From NCBI RefSeq assembly GCF_963921235.1, contig NC_086120.1, positions 8,246,001-8,310,000 on the forward strand: 64,000 bases of DNA, read 5' to 3'. Each line of letters begins with the position of its first letter. Position 1 is the first letter of the stretch. Under the pieces are notes generated by a model. It was not told the DNA's origin. It searched no databases and saw nothing but the letters and a program-made list of their open reading frames with translations. Made by a program: the position numbers and the translations under genes. The stretch comes from Mobula hypostoma. Taxonomy: Eukaryota. This document shows, piece by piece, positions 13,691 to 25,108 of the stretch.

Positions 13691-15454
13691 TCTAATGGTT
13701 TCTCTCTTTCTCAATCTATTTATCTATCTTTCTCTCCCTCTCCCTCACTCCCTCACTCTCTACTTTTCATTTGTTTGTATCAAACAAATTAAGGTCAAAC
13801 TTTCCCAAATGTCTGCAAAATTTTAAAGCCACACATTAGTCAAACATTCACTCTGAAAGGTAAAACAGACAGAACAGCTGAAAACACAGAAACTTAGATT
13901 TCAGGCTTCCAAACAAAGAAATGATAGAAGATATTGATATAAGTGCAAGGGAAGACTTGGCAAGAAATGGTAAAAGAACAAAAGTAAGAGAAGATGTCCC
14001 TTTAAATGGCCAAGTGTCCAAAAGTGACATCAGCTAGAACAGATCAACTGTAATATTTGAATAATGTGGTATAAAAGACAGATGTAAATGTTTTGTCTCA
14101 GTTCTGGGACATTGCTCTACTTAAAATAGCATTTCAGTTCCTGTTGAGGCCACAAATGTTTGTTAATTTCACACCCTGAACTACACAAAAGGTATTTTTC
14201 AAATTTATTTTAAAATTTAGAAAAATCAAAATTATTTGCTTCTTCTGTTTTAACACAGCTCAATGATATCCAATTTTTCATGAAGTTCTTTCTCACTGAA
14301 TTAGTTTCTGCTCTTTCTGCATTCATAATTTAATCCAAATTATCGAAGCTGACTTGTATACTGATTGGTGCAGGCAGGGCCAATTCTCTGCAGCCTTTCC
14401 TTAAAAAAAACATTGTCTGTACTAAAGTGAAAATAGTTGACCATCAAAGTCCTTATTTTCTATGAAATAATAAATAACCTTATGATAAATTTTGTCTATG
14501 GATAGAATACAGACATATTGATATATGAATTAATTGATAACAAGTTTGAATGTGATAGTCAATGGCATCAATGCATCAGTACTATTGATAATATCATTCT
14601 CAAGACTGAGAATAGCTTAATTCACAGTTGAAACACTGGAAATAAACACAGTAATTCTGTGTCAGATATAATTGAAATTTGCGCTGTCTTTTTTGCATCA
14701 TGTTTAGATATTAAATATTTTGCAGTCAGGGGTCTGGTATAAAGGGTATGTTTCAGCTGTTCCTCTGGTGAAAAATATCACAAATGGGACTTCTCATGTG
14801 TGTCATTCTACTCGAATTTGAAAGGATTGGATACACTGACAGAGTCACAGGGTAAGGGTATTGGATCCCACTGTAGTGTAACAAAGGGAATTGTTCACTG
14901 AAGTTTGGAGCTCCCATTTAATCCCAGTGACTCTACACAGTAAAATCAAATGAAGCTACTGAGAAATACTAGACAATTATCTTCCATATTAGCAACTTCA
15001 AATCAAGGAGAATTTTATTTGGAAGAGAGTTGCCAGATTTGAATTCACCTTCAGTATCAGAAGTTGACATTAGTTGCTAAGTAATTCAGTGTGACAGAAT
15101 GATTACCTAAGGAAATGAGTTCATTTGGCCTGTGGATCTCAGTCCAGCTTGATGTAAGAACACTCCAGCAAATCCCATCCATTGCCTTCGTTCCACAATC
15201 CTGCAAATATAAACAATTAACTTTTACCTCTCGAATCATTACAATTGAATCATTCTAACATCCTTGGCAGTGCACACCAGTCTCTTCTCAATCTTTGTGT
15301 CAGGAAGATTATCTTCATGTCACTTATTCCATTCCTAGTCATCTCCTGTCCCCTGTTCTTCAATCTCCTCTGATGAGAACAGCCTCTACCTTTCTACTCT
15401 GATTGTCATTCTGTTATTTTAAATTCTACTGTCAAATTGGCTGTCAGACAGGCT

Positions 15455-15685
15455 AGCCCTGATTGACATCAATGGATCTGAGTTTGAGAGGGTGGACAGC
15501 TTTATGTTCCTTAGCATAAGCATCACCATCACCGAGGGTCTCACGTGGTCTGTATATATCGGCTGTGTGGTGAAAAAGGAACAACTGTGCCTCTTTCACC
15601 TCAGATGGTTGAAGCAGTTTGGTATAGGCCCCCAAACCCTAAAAACATACCATAGGAGCACATTTGAGAGCATCCTGCGCTTGTC
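15455..15685 (+). mobile_element. Rex1/Babar RT C-terminal fragment
   Basis: ORF 15492-15848 begins with SFMFL.I.IT..LTWS....VVKK.Q..LFHLR.LK.FG. Confidence 0.8.
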
Positions 15686-16182
15686 TTATACCTTAGAAAA
15701 GACTTTGTTAAAGCAGGTGAATCAGTTTCTGATTTGCTCTTGTAATAGCAATATCCACATAGCTGCTTCATTTGAATTGATAATCAAAGGTAATCCCCAA
15801 GACATTGGGTGTCGTTGGTTCAGAGGTGGTAAGGATATTGAATGCTGAGGGTAGGTTGTTATACACACATTTGTTGGACATGATCCCAGTTCAGCACTTC
15901 TGTGATGTGAATATTACTTGCCATTTATCAGCCCATGCCAGATTGCTGTGTCAATATTCACTCTCTGAGTGAACAAAGTCCCTCTCAAATTCTTTCTAAA
16001 TGACCTAAATCTACACCTTATACTTATGTTGTCTCGTTAAATGAACTCTTACAATTGGAAAAAAAATATTCTTCATATCTGTCCATCTATCCTCCTATTC
16101 ATAACGTACACCTTTTTTTGGTTAACACTTATGCCTCCCCTAATCCACCTTCAAAAAAACAAGAGCTATTTAAAGCTACAAA

Positions 16183-17146
16183 TGTCATGGTCCGGTCCGA
16201 AGTCCGCATTCTGGTTCACAGTCCAGTCCGCGTGCTCCAGACTCTGGGTCTTCCGGCTGTCCCTTGTTTTGGTTGGACATAACCACAAGCACCTGATGCT
16301 CGTCTTGGGGCTGGGAATATAAGTGGCTCTCGGATTGAGTGTGGTTGCTGGGTCGTCTCGTCAGTCTCCCCTTGGAGCAACCCACCAGTGGAAGGCTAGT
16401 GCTGTCATCGAGATATGGATTTGGCTGTTCCATAGCCCGCCGAGGTTACCGGCCACCTCGAGTCTTGGAGCCACCCCACACCTAGCTCCCTTCCTGTCCC
16501 TTGCCTCCGTTGGGTAAGCCAGGCCATTTGCTGTTACCCTTCGGTTGGTTCTGTCCCTTCCTGTCACTTGCCTCCGTCGGGTAAGCCAGGCTGTTTGCTG
16601 TTACCCTGTGGTTGGGTCCATCCCTCCCTGTCCTTGCCTCCGTGAGGTGGAGTCCCACATCCTGCCCAGGAGTTGCCTCAAATTACTCTTTCCTCGTCAT
16701 GTCCTCGTATCGCCTCTAAGATCTCGGGCCTCCAAGAACCCAAACCTCGTCATGTCTTCGCCTGGTCTTCAAGAAGCCAAGCCTCGTCACATCTTCACCT
16801 CGTCTCCAAGGACCCAAGCCTCGTCAGTCTTCGCCTGGTCTCCAAGAACCCAAGCCTGGTCAAGTCTTCGCATGATCTCCAAGAACCCAAGCCTGGTCAA
16901 GTCTCGCATGGTCTCCAAGAACCCAAGCCTCGTCACGTCTTCACCTAGTTTTCGGGTCCGAGCCCGAGTCAAGACCCAGGTTCTTGGTCCTTGTCCAATC
17001 TCTGGCTCAGAGTCCACGCACAGGCTCCTTGTTCCCAGTCCCTCTTCCTGGTCCTGCTTCCCTTCCCTACTCATAGTTTGCGTCCTGTACTGTCATTTAG
17101 TTTTGTCCATTCCTGTTGCGTTCCCAATGCCCCCCTCATTATGAAA
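16183..17146 (+). mobile_element. Solo LTR (Gypsy-type, TGTCAT...ATGA(C>A)A) with 5-bp TSD ACAAA
   Basis: It starts TGTCATGG at 16183 and ends ATGAAA at 17146. ACAAA lies at both 16178-16182 and 17147-17151. It shares GTCCGAGCCCGAGTCAA..CCCAGGTTCT.GGTCCTTG with 33111-34511. Confidence 0.85.
16730..16949 (+). repeat. Minisatellite, 6 x 36-37 bp, inside the solo LTR
   Basis: Unit is approximately CTCCAAGAACCCAAGCCTCGTCA.GTCTTCGCCTGGT, starting at 16730, 16767, 16804, 16840, 16877 and 16913. Confidence 0.95.
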
Positions 17147-17159
17147 ACAAATAAAATTA

Positions 17160-17728
17160 CAGTGGATTCCAGTTAATTCATCGATTGGTTAATTGGGGCC
17201 AAATCAAAAGGTATTGATTTTTGCCACTGATAGTTGGTAAGCAGTAAGGCAATTCATTACTGTTGTGTTTACATGGCTTGGAGATGCCAGATACAGGCAG
17301 GAGTGAAAATGAAACGATGTCACTACTTCAATAATTTAGGAACTACAAAGAATGCGAAGATATCAACAATCATATTGGATTTTACAATGGACATGAAGAT
17401 TTGGAGGATACAATCGTCAAAGTGTTGTACGAAAGCAGTCCATTATCTGCACTCGGTGTCTGCGCTAATTTTGCTGAATTATAATCAATCAAAAGAACAT
17501 GGCAGGGTACGCTGGATAAATATCTCCATTAGTAACTAATACACAGTTTTATAGCACTGTAATAGTTTTGGTAGTGTTCAAATTTGATCTGTATTTCATT
17601 CAAATACACAATGTGTACGTCAAACAAATGCTTTACTATTTCCATGAAACTTGAGCTAATTGAAGTAGCCGTTTAATTGGGCCAACAAGCACTGGTCCTG
17701 ATGCATCTCAATTAACTGGGATACACTC
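17160..17728. mobile_element. Tigger/pogo-like non-autonomous DNA transposon (MITE)
   Basis: TIRs CAGTGGATTCCAGTTAATT and AATTAACTGGGATACACTC, flanked by TA on both sides. Confidence 0.8.
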
Positions 17729-17849
17729 TATTTTGTAATTTATGGTTATTATATAAAAACAATTTTCATCAATAATTTTAGAGAGGCATTAACAGTGCAA
17801 CTATTCAGAGCTGAAACATGTTTCACCTTTCAGTGAGGTAGATGGGTGG

Positions 17850-18420
17850 GGTAGTGATATAAGCTTCTCAACATCAAGCTGAATATCATTCAGAAGCAGT
17901 ATCTGATCCCCACGTTCAGTAATTTGTGGTCTTTTCATTGCTTTGAAAGACATTCGGTGACTGCACTGAAACAGCACTTCACTTAATATGATATTGGAAA
18001 GGTAATAAAGTGCATCTTCACCTTTCTTCCACAGTCCAGGATCATTATCAGAGATTTCTTTCTGCAAAGAATAGTCTAGCTATGACTTTTTAAACTTGGG
18101 CTTCAGCTCAATATTTTATTGTGAAATCAGTTCTTTCTCTAATCTGGAATTGGGTTTGAGAGAAGATACCGAAATCTCTCTGACATGTCTTTAGGGAGCT
18201 CACCCAGGTGGGCTCTGTATACTTCAAGTTGGTCATCTGGCATCCTTTCTTTCTCTTCCAAGTGAAGGAGGCTCAGAAACTGAAAAATGTCATGATGGCC
18301 AGTGTTGCACTTAAATAAGGTTAACAGAGAGAAACGTGAAGATGTCTGATTTGACTTTGATAAGATACACATGGTGTCCTTGCAATTGAAGACTGATTTC
18401 ATTAACTTACTTCTTTACAT
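17850..18420 (-). mobile_element. hAT (Buster/Charlie, SCAND3-like) transposase fragment
   Basis: ORF 18139-18402 (LTLFKCNTGHHDIFQF.SL...DDQLEVYRAHL.EL.KDMSERFR.LL..PIPD) resembles the C-terminal part of SCAND3/ZBED-type transposases. Confidence 0.65.
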
Positions 18421-18559
18421 ACTGCCTGTTATGTTACTGGTATTTAGGGCAGCAGTGAAGGTCTTCAGTCTCTATATGTCTTTGGCCATTTTCTCTATTT
18501 TTCTCCAGGTGTGGTTCAGGGTCCTCATTTCTGCTTTTGTGGTACGGCATCAAGTAGAC

Positions 18560-21530
18560 ATTGGTCTCCTGCATTCCCACCAGGGATCCAATAAAGTGCT
18601 GTCTTGATGATAGCGTTCGCCTCTCTTCTCAGCATGTGTTCCATCCATTTCCAGAGTTTCCTCATGACACTCATGGTCATGTCCTCATGATGATACTAAA
18701 GGAGTAGGGCGTGGTTGGAGATCCTTCATGGCCAGAAAATATGGAGGATTTTGCAGGGGGCATTAGCCTTAATAGGATGAGGAGACTCTACATTGAGTGT
18801 CATGGTCTCGGGCTTTTTGTTGCTGAGACTGAGTCCAACCTGTCCACAAAAGATACACAGCGGTCTGAGTTTTCTTTTGCAGGTTCTGGTGTGTATGTGA
18901 TAGTAATGTGAAGTCATCCGCAAAGTCACGTTCTTCTAAAGAAGAGAATAGGTTCCACCCGAGGCTCGCTTTTTATCTTTCATTGTTCCCTTATAACCCA
19001 GACAATCACCAGGTTAAACAATATCACCAACAACACAAAATATCGTCAAATTGCAGTCCCAAGCTATGTTGATGAAATTAGCATTGAAATCCCCGATAAG
19101 CTGGACAATTTTGAAGGGAATCTCATATAGTCTGGAAACTAGCCAGGTTCTCTCCCTGCGGATACTATCAAAAGCCTTTACGAAGTCCTCAGAATTCAAA
19201 TATAGTGGTCTCTGCCTGGGGTCCATGATGATACATAGCGTAAAGATCTGGTTGACACAGCTTCTGTTCTTCCAGAAGCAGTTTGCTCTTTCTTCAGGCA
19301 CACATCGAGAGCATCTGTAATCCATTGGACAGTGACTTTGGCGAGCATCTTGCTGGGCACTGCCAGAAGTATGATGCCATCCCAGTTGTTGCAATCACTT
19401 AGTGTTTCTTTCTTGGGGATCCTACCAATAACTCCTTTTGTCCATTTCTTGGGTACTTGGCCCCATTTCCAGATTATGGTATTTAGTGTTTGCAAAATTG
19501 CTGCTGCAACTTTTCAATTGGATTGGAACAGTTCAGCATTCAAATTGTCATGTCCTGGAACTTTGTTATTCTTTAATTATTTAATTGCAGCCACAATCTT
19601 TTCTTTCTTTGGGTGCATCTGTGATAATGTCGAGGACTATTGCTCCCTCTTTTATGTCAGATTCCTCATCTCATTATGATCTATTCAATGATTCTCTGAA
19701 ATACTTTACTCATCATATTTTATGGTCTTACTCAGTTGTCAAAAGCAGATGGTTCTTATATCTTATGAGACCACTGGATATGGCCCAGAGCTTTCTGCGT
19801 ACCAATTTTAATATCTTGTGTATATTTTCCTGATCACCTCGATTGGCTGCTGATTCACCCTGCTCTGCAAGGGCTTCCATATAGAGCATCTTCACTTTCT
19901 TATTAGCTTCCATGAATTCCAATTGAAGCTTCACCTTAATCCATCCTGACTTCCAATCTAGCTTTTTCTTCTTAATTTTCCACCTTTCTTCAAAGGCTGT
20001 GTATGTTTTCTGCCGCATCAATTCTTTGCTCTTCTTTCCAGCATTGTATCCTAGAAAAGCCTTGCTGCTCTCCTTGAAGACTGAGGCAAACCATTTCCAC
20101 ATTTTGTCAATCTTGTCCACTGACAACATCCTCTTTAAGGTCTTCCAAAGGGTGGAATCTCTTCTTTAGTTGAATAGTGAAGGCAGATCTCACACTTGTC
20201 ATCAAAACAGCTTTGTATATGTGTTCTTGTTCCAGTGCTTCTCAGCTTCACTCTTAACACTGCTACAACAAGGTGGCAATCACTTCCTGTATCTGTTCCT
20301 CTCTTCACCTTTACATCCTGCAAGGTTCGTCTCCACATACCATTGATCATCAAGTGGTCAATCTGGTTCTTGCTACAGCTACTGGGTATGCACCTTGGCA
20401 GTTTGTGTATTTCAGCGTATGGAAAGGAAGCCCTTCCAATGACCAGACTGTTTATGGTGCAGTATTCCACAGTCTTTCACAATTGATATTCATCATTCCA
20501 CATACATGCTTGCCCATGATCTGAGTGAAGTGTAAGTTGTTTTTTGCCACTCAAATATAGATCTCCATGATGATGATTATGCCATGGCATGATGTTAACT
20601 CTACCTCTAATTACAGCTGTTTGTAGAAGACATCCTTTTCTTGAATGTCACTATCGTTAGTTGGAGCATAGCATTGGATCACAGTTACATTCACCTGCTT
20701 CTCTTTCAGCCTGACTCTCATCAGCCTACTTTTGATTGTATTTTTCAAATTATTTTTGGCGTGGCCGTGAGGAGCTTTTACAAGGCACGGAGCAAGAGAG
20801 AGAAAGTTATACTGTGTGGCGCACCACTCCTCACACAAACATTTTCGCAGTATTTTCCCCTTATTTTTATGAGGTCAAGGTGCGATCTAGACACTCATTC
20901 TGGCTCGGGAGTGGTCCTCCGCTCCCGGGTCTGGCACCGATGTTGTTGCACCACCAGCCGGCCCCTGTTGATTAGTTTTCACTCCAGCAAGCACTTTTCA
21001 ATGGCTTTTGTCAAAATGGCTGTTGTACCAACATGATGCTGACCATCATCCCTTCCTGAGGAATAAAGCTGCTTCGTCAAGTTGTTGTCTTTTGTCTGCC
21101 AGACCCTGTCCATCTGCTTTCACTGACGCTCAGTATATGCAGATTGTAATGACTATTTCTGCAGTTACGTTTTTGTGCCAGCTTGCCTGTATTGTACATG
21201 GTTCGTACATTCCAGAAAGCAATGTTGGTTTTGGTCATGGTTCAGGGGTGCCTTCATCTTGCCAGTGACTTCCCCTTCTTTTCAGTACTGTCACACATTC
21301 CAGATGCAGACTCAGGAATACCATTGCACAGAGATACAGAAGGATTCTTCATTGCTGTTTCCGTAACATTTTTTTTTCACCAGTCAGGGATGTAGGCCCT
21401 GATCTGAACAGCTGAAATTGGAGGACAGGTCGACCACTCTTAGTGTGGCATCTATTCTTTGACCTGTTTGGCATGGGTGCTCAACGAGCGTTGAAGGACC
21501 AGGCCCAGACTCCAGCCAACATAGATCTCC
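18560..21530 (-). mobile_element. RTE-clade LINE, decayed near-full ORF (AP endonuclease and RT)
   Basis: Minus ORFs: VTVIQCYAPTNDSD (20611-20838), NQIDHLMIN..W...QDVKVKRG.D.GSDCHLVVA (20135-20470), W.KGVI.RIPKK..LSDCNNW.GI.LL (19196-19495), RSCVNQIFTL..I...DFVKAFDSI (19014-19394). Confidence 0.9.
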
Positions 21531-21562
21531 AGGTCATTGAGGCTTGTAAGCCTCCAATCAGT

Positions 21563-21755
21563 ACAACTTCACATCAAAGTTGCTGGTGAATGCAGCAGGC
21601 CAGGTAGCATCTCTAGGAAGAGGTACAGTCGATGTTTCAGGCCGAGACCCTTCAGGATGAAGGGTCTCGGCCTGAAACGTCGACTGTACCTCTTCCTAGA
21701 GATGCTGACTGGCCTGCTGAATTTCCAGCATCTGCAGAATTCCTGTTGTTTGCGT
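21563..21755. mobile_element. Collapsed Penelope-like terminal inverted repeat (palindrome)
   Basis: 61-bp arms at 21593-21653 and 21659-21719 with 3 mismatches and a 5-nt loop (AGGAT). The sequence matches the ends of the Penelope piece at 61066-61693. Confidence 0.85.
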
Positions 21756-22334
21756 TTTTAAAATCCCTACAACTTGCTGAGTTTCTCTTCCATTTTGTGT
21801 GTGCTGCTCAAACAAATTTTTGGTCTTTTCAGAACTCTTTTCTCACCACAGGTACATCAAAAGTTGTGTGGATATATCTTGGAACTTCATAAACCCATAT
21901 AGCTCAGCAATCTTGTTTAATAAGTTTGTAAAATTTAGGTACACTATTCATTTATTGTGGAGCTTCCTGTACTTCCCCATAATCCTGTCTTTTGCAAAAA
22001 ATCTTATTTGTGTTCTGGAACTATTCAGATATTTTGATTTGTCTTTTTGCAACTTTTATCCTCACTTACACTGCTTTCTCCTTTGTTGTCTTTCCCTCCT
22101 TCCTCATGAAACTTCCCATGAGGACACAAGACCCAATTTTGATTCCTCTGTCTGGCCTGTGCTGACTGCACCAACCCATGAACTGTTCCCAGACCCCATG
22201 GATCTGCAGCACGCCCTGTTGCGCTATTTCTTCAGACAAGTATTTAGCTACACCACCCTGCATTTTTGAAACACGTGGAGTAAAGCAGAGGAAGTAATCC
22301 AGGGAGTACCACCACTGATATCATTTTCCTAACA

Positions 22335-24735
22335 GATTTCCTTCAATTTCATAAAAGCATAAAACCATAAGATATTAGAACAGAGTTAACCATTTGGGTC
22401 ATCAAGTCATCTCATCATGACTGATGAAATGTTCCTCTCAGCACCAGTCTCCTGCATTCTCCCCATATCCCTTCATGCCCAGACCAGTCAGGAAATATAC
22501 ATATGATATAGAGATCAGTGTGGCCTCTGCCTGAAGTACACATAAAGGTTTGACTTCCACAGCTGCCCATGGCAAAGAATTCTACTTAAACACCACTGGC
22601 TGGCAAAGGAAATTCCTCCTCATCTCTATTCTAATAGGACTCTCCTCTATTCCGAGGCTGTGCCCTCTAGTCTTAGACTCTCCCGTGCATTCAAACAAGG
22701 TATTTCATCATTCGATAGTTTTCAATGAGGTCACCCCTCATTGTTCTGAATTCCAGTGAATACAGGCCCAGAACCAGCAAACGCTGTTCATATGGCAAGC
22801 CTTTCCAAGATAAGGGCTCCAAAACTGCCCACAATACACCAAGTGTGGCTTCATCAGTGTTTTGTAGATTCTCAACATTACATTCTTGTAATTATATTCT
22901 AGTCCTCTTGAAATGAATGCTAATAAAGCTTTTGCCTTCATCACAAAAGATTCAACCTGCAAATCTACCTTTTGGGAATCTTGCACAAGGACTCCCAAGT
23001 CCTTTTGCACCTCTGTTTTATTTGTATTTACTCTCCATTTAGAAAATAATCAACCTTTTCATCTCTTCTACCAAAGTGTATGTCCACACACTTCTCGATA
23101 CTGTATTCCATCTGCCATTTTTTTGCCTGTTCTTCTCATCTGTTAAGTCATGCTGTAGCCTCTCTACTACCTCAAAACTACCTGCCCCTCCACCTATCTC
23201 TATATCATATGCAAACTTTACAATAAAGCCATCAATCCTATCAATCAAAGAACTTACATAAAAATTGAAGAGAATTGGTCCCAACACAGAACCCTATGGA
23301 ACAACAGAAGTTACCAGCAGCCAGCAAGAAATGGCTCACTTTAATCCCATTCTTTGTCATCTTCCAATCAACCACTGCTTTATGCATGCTAGAATCTTTC
23401 CTGTAATACCATGGGCTCAGGGCTTGTTAAGCAGCCTGGTGGAACCTTGTCAAAGGCCTTTTGAATATCCAAGTACACAACATTAACTCATTCTCCATTG
23501 TTATTCATTCAAAGAATCTTAACAGATTTATCTCGCAAAATGTTCCCTTGTGGAAACCATGCTGACGAGATCTTATGTTATGATGTGCCTCCAAGCACCC
23601 CAAAAACAAACTCCTAACAATCCACTCCAACACCTTCCCAACACCAAAGTGACACAAACTGGCCTATAATTTCTTTTTGTCTGTTCTCTCCTATCTTGAA
23701 GAGTGGAGTGATAATTCCAGTCTTCTTAAACTATTCTAGAATCTAATGATTCTTGAAAGATCATTGCTAATGCCTCCATGATTTCTTCAGCCACCTCTTT
23801 CAGAACTCCGTGTTGTATACCATTAGAACTTATCTATCTTCAGATCTTTCAGTTTCTCAAGAAAAGAACCTTCTCTTCTGATATGGTACCCAAAAACATT
23901 TCATGACCCTTGACACCTGGAACTTCCACCATACTGTAAGTGTTTTCCACAGTGAAGACTGAGGCAAAATACTCATTCAGTTCATCCACCATTTCATTCT
24001 CTCCTATTACAACCTCTCGAGAGTCATATCTGAAGAAAATTTAATATCCACATTAATATTATTGGCTAACTTACAGTTGTATGGCATTTTGAACTTCTTA
24101 ATTACTTTTTAGTTGCCTCTGCTTATTTTTAAACACTTCCCAATGTAGCTTCCCACTAATATTTGCTCCATTTCATGCCTTCTCTTTTGCAATTTTGTTT
24201 GCTTTGACTTCTCTGATTCGTCATGTTGTTTAATATTTCCTTTAGAATAGATCTTCCTCTTTGGGTTGCATGCATCCTGTACTTTTCGAATTGCTTTCAA
24301 AATTCCAGCCATTGCTGTTCTGTCATCATCTCTGCCAGTGGTCTTTTCCAATCAATTCTAGCTGACTCCTCTTTCATGCCTCTGAAATTCCATTTACTCC
24401 ACTATAATACTGATACATCTGACTTTAACTTCTCTTCAATTTCTGGGTGAATTCCATCATATTATGATCATTTTCCCTCGGAATTCTTTTACCTAAGCTC
24501 TCTAATCAATTCTGGTTCATTGCCCAACACCCAATCCGGAAATGTTGATCCTTTAGTGGGCTCAACCATGAGCTGCTCTAAAAAATCTTGTGGGCTCTCT
24601 GGAAATTCCCTTCCTGGAGTCCAGCACCAAACGGATTTTCCCAATATACCTGCATATTGCAGTCCTCCTTGACTATTGTAACATTGTTGTTTTGCATATG
24701 CATTTTCTATCTCCCAGTGTAATTTGTAGGCCACG
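22335..24735 (-). mobile_element. Decayed CR1 ORF2 and 3' UTR, directly upstream of the Ig promoter
   Basis: Minus ORFs with QKDLGVLVQDSQKV, LLAFISRGLEY, LGPILF..Y...L...IDG.IVKFA.D. The CATAAAACCATAAGA tail is at about 22337. Confidence 0.88.
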
Positions 24736-24940
24736 TTGCTAGGGACGAACGAAGGCACTTTTATCTGCCTCCTTCAGTGCAACGAGGGAAATCTCAGAAA
24801 AATAATGACCTGCTTGTTCACCTCTTTTTAATTAACAGATCTGCCCTTTTAGCACAGTAACACAGCCTCATTCAGATGGTGTGTGACTGCGACTGGGAGG
24901 GTTTTAGATCCCTGCCCTGGTTGGTCAGTTTGAGTCGCCC

Positions 24941-24983
24941 TGATTTGCATGGCTTTCCACCCTGGTATGAATGGCTCTATAAT
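24941..24983 (+). promoter_or_regulatory. Ig light-chain promoter: decamer/octamer TGATTTGCAT plus TATA-like TATAAT
   Basis: TGATTTGCAT at 24941-24950 matches the light-chain decamer TNATTTGCAT. TATAAT is at 24978-24983, 77 bp before the leader ATG. An E-box CAGATG lies at 24873-24878. Confidence 0.9.
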
Positions 24984-25059
24984 TCGTACCACCGGCAACG
25001 GAGGCCACACTCTGTCACAGATCCAGCGGCTGAGGGAGGCAGGAAACTGACGGACAGCA

Positions 25060-25108
25060 ATGATACGGACGCTGTGTTTTATCTGGTCTCTGGCAACGTG
25101 GCTGGGCT
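25060..25108 (+). CDS. IgL leader exon (MIRTLCFIWSLATWLG)
   Basis: ATG at 25060, a hydrophobic signal peptide, and a GTAAGT donor at 25109. Confidence 0.93.

Noticed and set aside
16730-16949. Regular 36-37 bp repeats suggestive of a CRISPR array (also the 25-bp array at 33281-33406)
   Set aside because: Units are head-to-tail with no unique spacers, there are no cas genes, the context is eukaryotic, and both arrays sit inside solo LTRs with TSDs.
16545-17144. 199-aa ORF, and the 260-aa ORF at 33770-34552
   Set aside because: Both are S/P/Q-rich translations of LTR minisatellites with no domain motifs.
22066-22263. Minus ORF MQGGVAKYLSEEIAQQGVLQIHGVWEQF...
   Set aside because: It looks protein-like, but I cannot match it to any family and see no convincing splice context.
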